DNA of 64,000 bases from NCBI GenBank assembly GCA_002269645.1, contig NIVC01000522.1, positions 248,001-312,000 of the forward strand, given 5' to 3'. Of the stretch, positions 35,553 through 45,106 are shown one piece after another. A program made the position numbers and the translations under genes. The notes beneath the pieces are model-generated. The model was given only the letters and a program-made list of their open reading frames with translations, made no database searches and had not been told where the DNA came from. Position 1 is the stretch's first letter; each line of letters starts with the position of its first letter. The stretch comes from Macrostomum lignano. Its lineage: Eukaryota.

Positions 35553-38500
35553 GCCGATAAAAGTCCGCCTCAGGAGGGGGCTGCCGCGGCGGAAATCCCG
35601 GATGATGAAGAGCGATCGAAATCGCCCATATTTGTTTCGCATTACCTGGCCGTACCGAAGGTTGCGAGAATTGGCGGCCTTGCTGCTACTAGAGGAAGAG
35701 AAGATTCGAGTAGTTCCGCCGATGGCCCTCGGGTCTGTCGGTCCAAAATGCAGCTGATGAACGTTGATCACGGTGCTGAAGGGACTGCTGCTGCTCCAAT
35801 TGCTTCTATTAGAAGTAGACAGGAGTCTAGCCAACTTAGTGAAAAGTGAGCTGGTCTCTGGATTGTTTTGAGGGCTCATTAATGGCTTCTAGCGCAGAGA
35901 ATCAAGCCCATCTCACCTCAAGAATCTCCCACCACACCCCAAGAATCTCCCATCCCCAACCCCAAGAATCTCCCATCCCCAACCCCAAGAATCTCCCATC
36001 CCCAACCCCAAGAATCTCTTATCTCACCGCAGGAATCTCCCACCACACCCCAAAAAGCTCCCATCTCACTCCAAGAATCTCCCACCACACCCCAAGAAGC
36101 TCCCATCTCACTCCAAGAATCTCCCACCACACCCCAAGAAGCTCCCATCTCACTCCAAGAATCTCCCACCACACCCCAAGAATCTTCCATCTCACCCCAA
36201 GAATCTCCAACCCCACCTCAAGAATCTCTCATCTCACCTCAAGAATCTCCAACCCCAACTCAAGAATCTCCCATCCCCAACCTCAAGAATCTCCCACCAC
36301 ACCCCAAGAATCTTCCATCTCACCCCAAGAATCTCCAACCCCACCTCAAGAATCTCTCATCTCACCTCAAGAATCTCCAATCCCACCTCAAGAATCTCCC
36401 ATCCCCAACCTCAAGAATCTCCCATCCCAACCCCAAGAATCTCCCATCCCAACCCCAAGAATCTCCAACCCCACCTCAAGAATCTCCCATCCCCAACCTC
36501 AAGAATCTCCTATTCCCAACCTCAAGAATCTCCCATCCCCAACCTCAAGAATCTCCCATTCCCAACCTCAAGAATCTCCCATCCCCAACCTCAAGAATCT
36601 CCCATTCCCAACCTCAAGAATCTCCCATCCCCAACCTCAAGAATCTCCCATCCCAACCCCAAGAATCTCCAACCCCACCTATAGAATCTCCCATCCCCAA
36701 CCTCAAGAATCTCCCATTCCCAACCTCAAGAATCTCCCATCCCCAACCTCAAGAATCTCCCATTCCCAACCTCAAGAATCTCCCATCCCCAACCTCAAGA
36801 ATCTCCCATTCCCAACCTCAAGAATCTCCCATCCCCAACCTCAAGAATCTCCCATTCCCAACCTCAAGAATCTCCCACCACACCCTAAGAATCTCCCATC
36901 CCCAACCTCAAGAATCTCCCACCACACCCTAAGAATCTCCCATTCCCAACCTCAAGAATCTCCCATCCCCAACCTCAAGAATCTCCCATTCCCAACCTAA
37001 GAATCTCCCATCCCCAACCTCAAGAATCTCCCATTCCCAACCTCAAGAATCTCCCACCACACCCTAAGAATCTCCCATCCCCAACCTCAAGAATCTCCCA
37101 CCACACCCTAAGAATCTCCCATCCCCAACCTCAAGAATCTCCCATTCCCAACCTCAAGAATCTCCCACCACACTCCAAGAATTTCCCACCACACCCCAAG
37201 AATCTTCCATCTCACCCCAAGAATCTCCAACCCCACCTCAAGAATCTCCCATCCCAACCCCAAGAATCTCCAACCCCACCTCAAGAATCTCTCATCTCAC
37301 CTCAAGAATCTCCCATCCCCAACCTCAAGAATCTCCCATCCCAACCCCAAGAATCTCCCATCCCCACCTTTAAAATGGTTTCTCGCACACACTGAATTCC
37401 CCAGAGACTGGGAGCTCAGCTGGGACTGGGCCGCCGCCGACGCCCAAGATCCGTCAACCCCGTCGGTGAAACTCGCCAGAATTGATTCAACAGTAGCCGC
37501 TGCGGCTGCCGTGTCATTGGAGGCGTTCGCGTCTTTGGATGCCGCGGCGGTTGAAGAACAGCTGGCTTCGGGGGCGGATGACGCCGCCCAGAGGACTTTG
37601 GGGGCGGATGACGCCGCCCAGATGACTGCAGGGGCGGATGACGCCGCCCAGAGGACTTTGGGGGCGGATGACGCCGCCCAGAGGACTTTGGAGGCGGATG
37701 ACGCCGCCCAGAGGACTTTGGGGGCGGATGACGCCGCCCAGAGGACTTTAGGGGCGGATGACGCCGCCCAGAGGACTTTGGGGGCGGATGACGCCGCCCA
37801 GAGGACTGCAGGGGCGGATGACGCCGCCCAGAGGACTGCAGGGGCGGATGACGCCGCCCAGAGGACTTTGGGGGCGGATGACGCCGCCCAGAGGACTGCA
37901 GGGGCGGATGACGCCGCCCAGAGGACTGCAGGGGCGGATGACGCCGCCCAGAGGACTGCAGGGGCGGATGACGCCGCCCAGAGGACTGCAGGGGCGGATG
38001 ACGCCGCCCAGAGGACTGCAGGGGCGGATGACGCTGCCACAGTCGGTGTATCAGCAGCGGACGAGCTCCGCGCTCTATACAACTCGTTGAACCCCAGCAG
38101 CTCGCGGCCCCCAGCCGAGCTGTCAGCATTCACTCTGGTTCGCGATAGCAACTACTTTCGTGGCTGTAAATTCTCTCCCGATGGGCTCTGCCTGTTGACA
38201 AATTCGGCAGATAATCAGCTTCGACTGTTTAATATGCCGCGATTGAACGAATCCGAAGCTGCTGAAGGTGGCTGGCAGCCTGTGCTGAACATGCCCGAGT
38301 CTGATCTGATCTACGATATGTGCTGGTAGGTTTGACAAATCTGCAACGGAAGAATTACCCCTGAAATAATCGTTTAATAATCGCCTCTAAAAGAATCGCT
38401 TCTCAATAAATTGAATCTTGAATATTTTTCGAAGAATCGCCCCCACCTTCAGAAAATCACCTCTTAAGAATCGCCCTCCCCTCAGATTCTCGCCCTCTCA

Positions 38501-41409
38501 GAGAATCGCCCTGCAAAGAATCGCCCCCCCCTCAGAGAATCGCCCCCTCCCCCTCAGAGAATCGCCCCCTCCCCCTCAGAGAATCGCCCCCTCCCCCTCA
38601 GAGAATCGCCCCCCCCCCTCAGAGAATCGCCCCCTCCCCCTCAGAGAATCGCCCCCCCCCTCAGAGAATCGCCCCCCCCTCAGAGAATCGCCCCCCCCCA
38701 GAGAATCGCCCCCCCTCAGAGAATCGCCCCCCCCTCAGAGAATCGCTTTCCCAGAAAATTGCCTCTGAAAACTTTGACTGCTTACAACACCATCGAGCCC
38801 CCTTTATCCGCCAATGCGCCCAACAATCGCAGGTATCCCAGCATGAATTCGGCCGATCCGGACACCTGCTGTTTCGCCGCTTGCTCCAGAGACAATCCTG
38901 TCCGACTGTGGGACGCCTTCACTGGCCAGCAGAGGGCGCAGTATGCGCCTTATAATCATCTGGACGAGCTGCAGGTGAGATTCTGCATAGGGTGAGAGAT
39001 CTCTATGGAATTGGGTCCCTGATTCTGTGGCATAGAATAAGATCTCGTAGCTTATGATGGGATCTCATGGCATGGGTGATTCCATTTCTTTTTCTAAGGA
39101 TCTTACGGTATTCGTGTCGGACGCAAACCAATATATTGTTATATGGTTGAGATCTCGGCACAGGCTGAGATCTCATGACATCAGGTAAGATCTAATGTAA
39201 TGAAATTGAAGAAGATACCATAGCGTATGATAAGATCTCATAGCATTTGAGTGAGTTCCCACCGCGTATGGTGAGATCTCATTGCATTTTAATGAGTTCC
39301 CACCGCGTATGGTGAGATCTCATGGCATTTGAGTGAGTTCCCACCGCGTATGGTGAGATCTCATAGGAGTCATAGCGTATGAGCTCTCATAGCAGATACT
39401 ATTCTCCCTAAAAACTGACCCACTCCAGGCGCCCTACAGCCTGGCGTTCAGCCCCGACGGTAGTCGGCTCTACTGCGGCTTCGAGCGACATTTGCGCGTG
39501 TTCGACATCCACCGCCCGGGCAAGCAGTCGGAGCGGCGGCCTCGGATCGGTGTGAAGCCAAGCCAAGGCGGCATCATCGCCGCTCTGGCCTGCACCCCTG
39601 CCAGGCCTGGGGTGTACGCCTGCGGCAGCTACAACCGCACCGTGTGCCTGTTTGCCGAGCCCGGCTCTATGCTGGCCTGCATGCGGGGCCAGGTCAGTGC
39701 GGGGATCGAATCCAATGGGGATTTCTATGGTCACTGGGGTAGGGATCAGAAAATTGAGGATTTTAGAATTTTGGGATCTGGAGAGAAGAATCGGGAAATT
39801 GGATTTAAGGATCTGAATTGGGAAATGGGATTTGAGGATGTGGAATGGAAAATGGGATTTGAAGATGTGGAATGGAAAATGGGATTTGAAGATGTGGAAT
39901 GGAAAATGGGATTTGAAGATCTGGAATGGGAAATGGGATTTGAGGATCTGGAATGGGAAATGGGATTTGAGGATCTGAAATGGGATTTGAAGATCTGGAA
40001 TTGGAAATTCCAATGGGATTTCGGGATCTGTAATGAAATGAAATTTCATGATTTGCAATGGGAAATCGGATTTGAGGATCTGAAATGGGAAATCGGATTT
40101 GAGGATCTGGAATCGGAAATGAGATTTGAGGATCTGGAATGGGAAATGGGATTTGAGGATCTGGAATGGGAAATGGGATTTGAGGATCTGGAATGGGATT
40201 TGAAGATCTGGAATGGGAAATGCCAATGGGATTTGAGGATCTGTAATGAAATGAAATTTCATGATTTGCAATGGGAAATCGGATTTGAGGATCTGAAATG
40301 GGAAATCGGATTTGAGGATCTGGAATCGGAAATGAGATTTGAGGATCTGGAATGGGAAATGGGATTTGAGGATCTGGAATGGGAAATGGGATTTGAGGAT
40401 CTGGAATGGGATTTGAAGATCTGGAATGGGAAATGCCAATGGGATTTGAGGATCTGTAATGAAATGAAATTTCATGATTTGCAATGGGAAATCGGATTTG
40501 AGGATCTGAAATGGGAAATCGGATTTGAGGATCTGGAATCGGAAATGAGATTTGAGGATCTGGAATGGGAAATGGGATTTGAGGATCTGGAATGGGAAAT
40601 GGGATTTGAGGATCTGGAATCGGAAATGAGATTTGAGGATCTGGAATGGGAAATGGGATTTGAGGATCTGGAATGGGAAATGGGATTTGAGGATCTGGAA
40701 TGGGAAATTTGATATTTGAATTCGAGGATCTGGAATCTGGATCTAGGGCTAGAAAAATGAAACTGGAGTTTAAGTATAGATATCTTAACAAAAGAATTAA
40801 ACAAATTTGCGGATCTAGGCAGAAAAATAGGGGAAAAGGATTCCGGATTCGGAAAGACACAATGCGATGCTCAAACACTATCCGCTCTGGTGTCGCTCGC
40901 ACACGCAGCTCGGCGGCGTCACCCAGCTGCAGTTCTCGCCGTGCGGCAATCTGCTATACAGCGGCGGCCGCAAAGATCCCGAGATTCACTGCTGGGATGT
41001 CCGGCGTCCCGGAGTGATCCTGGCCACAATGCGCCGGGTTGTGGCCACCAATCAGCGGCTGCAGTTCGATCTGGATCCGGGCGGCCGCTACCTGCTCAGC
41101 CCCTGCTACACTGGCCGAGTTCGGGTATTCGATTTGAAGACTCCGCCAGCGCCGACCAATTGCGAGATCAACTATTGCGCCGAATGGCAGGCGCACGCCG
41201 ACGCTTGCAACACGGTGTCGCTCAGTCCCACCTGTCCGGTTCTGGCCACCTGTTCCGGCCAGCGCCACATCCGTTCAATGCTAGCTGACGCCAGTTCGTC
41301 CAGTTCGTCAACTTACAGCGAAGACGAGACCGATCAGAATGTTGAAAATCGATTGCGACTGTTTAGTCTGTCCACCTGCTTGGATAACAGCAGGTTCGCT
41401 GCTAATTGA
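35553..41409 (+). CDS. WRAP53: WRAP53/TCAB1 (telomerase Cajal body WD40 protein); exons 35553-35845, 37405-38325, 38833-38974, 39429-39692, 40909-41409; start codon uncertain
   Basis: NYFRGCKFSPDGLCLLTNSADN, WDAFTG...YNHLDEL, SLAFSPDG, GGRKDPEIHCWDVR and TNQRLQFDLDP match WRAP53. Intron phases 2, 2, 0, 0 join consistently. The first in-frame genomic ATG is at 35748. Confidence 0.92.
35895..37365. repeat. About 21-bp C/A-rich minisatellite (CAAGAATCTCCCATCCCAACC) in WRAP53 intron 1
   Basis: Direct. Confidence 0.95.
37571..38038 (+). repeat. Coding 30-bp repeat encoding GADDAAQRT[L/A], 15 full copies plus 1 partial
   Basis: Lies inside the WRAP53 exon, in frame with the WD40 region. Confidence 0.92.
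38430..38750. repeat. CAGAGAATCGCCCCCCCT minisatellite in WRAP53 intron 2
   Basis: Direct. Confidence 0.92.
39160..39380. repeat. About 40-bp repeat (GAGTTCCCACCGCGTATGGTGAGATCTCAT..), 3 clear copies, in WRAP53 intron 3
   Basis: Direct. Confidence 0.8.
39800..40740. repeat. TTTGAGGATCTGGAATGGGAAATGGGA-type minisatellite with higher-order blocks in WRAP53 intron 4
   Basis: Direct. Confidence 0.95.
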
Positions 41410-43121
41410 GCAGCCTCACTTCTTATAGTAACTAAAATAGAGAATGCTTAAAAACTTCTAATTTTGGATTGAAGGTTGGAAAATGCGATAGAAATCCAGT
41501 TTTTTATTGAAAATCCATCATTATTTACGTTTGTTTAAATGAATGTCCAGCCCTTCAAAGACCTAATCGAAAATCCTGGCTAAGCCCCTGACTCCGCTAG
41601 CGTTATTCTCAACCCTTGCAGAGCAGAGAGATCTAGTCCGTTAATTGTTTATTATACCTTATCGCGAATGTACACAGCCAATGTACACCCAAACCCACCA
41701 CCCCAATTACGCTGGTCTTAATTGTCTCTCCGCCTATTCTTAAAAATCCGGCACCTCAGCCTTCGCTGGGATGAAATGCACAACGGAGATAAAAAGCAGT
41801 TGTGACGTAATTACATGGATTAAATTGAAATCGGTAAAATCTGTCTAGTAATTGTCTCGTAGTGTTTTAAAATGAAAAACCTTTCTATTGCATTTTCTGA
41901 AAGCAACTGGCTTTTGAAACATTTTCCGGTCCCATTTAAAAGTGCTTTTAATGATTGAGTTGTTGTGCTCAACTTCTGCATTTCTTCTGGTCGCAGTCTG
42001 CCCAAGAAATCTAATCACGGCTACCCAAATTGTAAAACTTCGCTACCTACCTGCGCTTATTTAATCTGGTTGATTGTTCATTTCTGTTTCACTTGATTGT
42101 TCAATAATATTGAATGAGGTTTCTCGCTATCAACCAAATCAATTGGTTTTTGAATAAAAAATGATTAACCCAAGGTGTTTCGTTTTTTTATTTTATCTTC
42201 GAAACAGAAACTGAGTAACAGACAATTTTGCTTCTGATTAGAAACGAAACTTGAAGCTTAGGCGATATTGTTGTTACTTTATATTAATTTAGAATTATCA
42301 ATAAATTCTGGCAGAAACATCAAAAAATCATTGAAGCTTTGCTAAACAGGGGTGGAAAATCTAGTAAAAACAGACTATTTTTGGCTTCCGGTAAAACATT
42401 AAGCAAATATTAATAAAAACTTTAGACAAATGACAATTTTGCGTTGGTAAAACTAAAATATGCAGAAAAAAACAATATTCTACCGATTAAAATTATTACC
42501 AACAAACGGATAACAGCAATGTTTAGGCAGTCGAATCTAGGGCGAGTAAGAAAAAATAATAAAGATGGTTTGGTACTGAAAAAAGCACATCTGGTGCGTA
42601 ACAGATTAATAAATTATAAAAAAATGGTTAATTTAGCATAGAATAAGCACGTGAAAAGCAATACGTTTAACAAATGTTGGCGCACAATGTTTAATAGGAT
42701 AAAACCTGCTTGCTTGTCGTTAAACCATAACTGCAAATAATAGGCTTAAGCAGAAAACATGAGAATGAGGATAAAATATTTTAGTTGGGATTTTTACTTT
42801 AATTTGGCATAAAACTATTTTTCGGAGTGCTAACATCTTTATAAAGGGTGCTTTTGGTTAAGAAGGCTAATAAGAAAACTTTAAAAATGACAATAAATTT
42901 TCCTACTGAGCCTGTAGTAGTTGCTACTATAGAGTATAGAATGTGCTATATAAATAACCGCATTCGTCTAAAAACATTTTTAAATAGTTAAAAAGATGCC
43001 GGAACTATTTCAGAAAAAGCTTTCGAGTTTTTCAGCAACAGCGTTTGAATCAAGGTTGATAATTAGTGAACCCTTAGCAAGTTTCAGCCCCTTCAAACTT
43101 CGCTGCTTACGTCTTTGCTCT

Positions 43122-44489
43122 CTACTCTTCCTGACGTTTCTTGTTCAGCTTCTGGTGCTCCAGCATGCTATGGCTGTCCAGGCCGTCGTGTACGCGCTCC
43201 CAGCACTGAGCGCAATAGTAGCGGAAGCACATCTCAGACTTGCAGAAGTTGACACCGATGCGTTGAGCGCACATGGAGCAGGCGCAGTCCTCCAAGTAGG
43301 GCTCGATTTGCACAACCTTGGTGAAACGGCTGGTCTTGATCTTAACAAAGTTCGTCTTCAGCGCTTTCATGTAGGACTCGCGGCTGGTGAAGCCCACTCT
43401 AGCGCTGCCGATCGGATAATCGCAACGGTCTGTGTCCAACGTGACGAACTCAATGTTTCCAAATAGGTCGGACATCACGCGCCCAAGGAACTCCGCCGTC
43501 ATGATGCCGTGCAGCGCGCCGACAAAGACAACGTGCTTTTCACCGCCGCTGTTCATCTGGTGGGTGTAGTGAGAATCATTGATGCACCAAGGTATGATCT
43601 GAACGTTCTTCTTGACGTTGCTGAGCTGCAGCTCATAGAAGTATTCGTAGCTCTGCACTATCATCATGATAGAATCGTCAGGATTGTCGACGTTCTTCTG
43701 GCACCGGCTCAGAAGCCTCTTGACATACTTGCCATCCTTAAGAACGATGTGGCAATAGCCGTAGATCTGGTTGCTTCCCGTTGGACTCTTTGTTTTCGGC
43801 AAAATAACTCGAGTGCTACCGAGGGCGCTGAAGGCCTTCTGTAATTCGCCAGGTTTAGCCATCAACGGTAGGCCGCCGACAAATACCTTTTGCGAGAATC
43901 TAGCATTCTTGTAAACGCGAACTGGCATAGTGCCAGTCCAAACAGCTTCTTTTTCGCTTCTATTAGGTGTTGGCTTCGGTCTGCGAGCACGGTTTGTTCC
44001 ATTGTGGCCGCTATCAAAGCTCGTGGCGCTGTTTTCACTAGAGGTTTGAATCTCCGTAGTAGCGCTACTAAAGCCGTCACCAGCGCCGCTTAGACTGTTC
44101 TCGGGATTGAGACCCCATGATGACCAAGCCCCAGGATCAACCGACGCAAGTAGCTGATTAACCAGTTCGTCGACCGACCAGTTAGAATTTGTGGCGGCAG
44201 CGGCTCCGGCAGAATTTTCATCCTCTGATGTTGGAAGACGAGTTTCATTTTTTGTCTGCGTCGTTGGAGCGATTGAAGTGATTTGATTGCTGCCAAAGTC
44301 GTTGCCCGTATAGATTGGTGTTGGCGCTGACTGTGACGGCGGCACCTGTGACGTTGGTAGTGTTGCAGGCAGCAGAGTCGGCTGTGGCAGATGGGCGAGG
44401 TAGGCAGCCGGCAGATATTGATACGCTGCCAAGTCCGCAAATCCAACGTTTCCTAGCTGCGTCGGAAAGTAAGGCTGTTGGCCGTTCAT
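43122..44489 (-). CDS. CPEB1: CPEB1/Orb-like RNA-binding protein (455 aa), CDS without introns
   Basis: KVFVGGLP, VQIIPW, VFVGALHG, DTD..YPIGSARV.F and IKTSRFTKVVQIEPYLED (CPEB1 subfamily RRM1-RRM2), followed by the C6H2 zinc-binding domain. Confidence 0.92.
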   Translation of the reverse strand: MNGQQPYFPTQLGNVGFADLAAYQYLPAAYLAHLPQPTLLPATLPTSQVPPSQSAPTPIYTGNDFGSNQITSIAPTTQTKNETRLPTSEDENSAGAAAATNSNWSVDELVNQLLASVDPGAWSSWGLNPENSLSGAGDGFSSATTEIQTSSENSATSFDSGHNGTNRARRPKPTPNRSEKEAVWTGTMPVRVYKNARFSQKVFVGGLPLMAKPGELQKAFSALGSTRVILPKTKSPTGSNQIYGYCHIVLKDGKYVKRLLSRCQKNVDNPDDSIMMIVQSYEYFYELQLSNVKKNVQIIPWCINDSHYTHQMNSGGEKHVVFVGALHGIMTAEFLGRVMSDLFGNIEFVTLDTDRCDYPIGSARVGFTSRESYMKALKTNFVKIKTSRFTKVVQIEPYLEDCACSMCAQRIGVNFCKSEMCFRYYCAQCWERVHDGLDSHSMLEHQKLNKKRQEE

Positions 44490-45106
44490 CCTTTTTGGAC
44501 TTTGTTTTTTGTTTGTTTTCAGTGAAGAAAAGAACTGAGCTTGAGCCAGAAGCTTTAGGCTGTTAAGGCGTTAAGTCTCTCTTCTAGTCAAACTGCGGGG
44601 GGGGGGGTAAAGAAAATGATTTAGGAAGGGAAATAACAGCTTATATACATTCAGTGCACCCTGTCTTCGCTTAAGTGTCTATGGTCGTGGTTACTTAACA
44701 CCTCAAATCACCCCTCAGCCCCTCCCACCCTTCCAAGTTAAAAAACAAAATTATTTAAATCGATAGTTCAGCCAATCCCACTTAAGCGCCTGCACAGCTG
44801 CGACCCGCCCCCATCACCAACGTCTCTATTTTAATAAGAATAGCAAATGAATCGATTTTTTCTATGGCTTGGGTTTGGGCTTGGTTCGGCTGATTCGGTT
44901 TGATTTATTTCGGTTAAGCGACTGGTGTGGGTGCACTTATACCTGATGATAAACTTGTTCTATTCAAGACTAGATGGAGGGGCAGTAGCCAGTAGTGTCA
45001 AAATTAAATAGTTAAGTTTTTAAAGTTTCTTTTTTCTAACGGATTTTTGTTTTGCGAAGTATCGAAAAATATCGAATACTGTTAAATCTTTTTCAGCCAA
45101 CTATTC

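Noticed and set aside
31827-37404. GNPRGNLP (31870-32289) and QPQESP (35846-37000) repeat ORFs
   Set aside because: Both are intronic minisatellites bounded by frame-consistent GT/AG sites.
39693-40902. Long ORFs EDLEWEMGF / FPIPDPQI / QILKSHFPF
   Set aside because: These are translations of the intron 4 minisatellite. WRAP53 homology resumes correctly only if the region is spliced out.
42180-43121. CPE-like TTTTAT motifs in the CPEB 3'UTR (autoregulation)
   Set aside because: Such motifs are expected by chance in DNA this AT-rich, and the UTR end is unknown.
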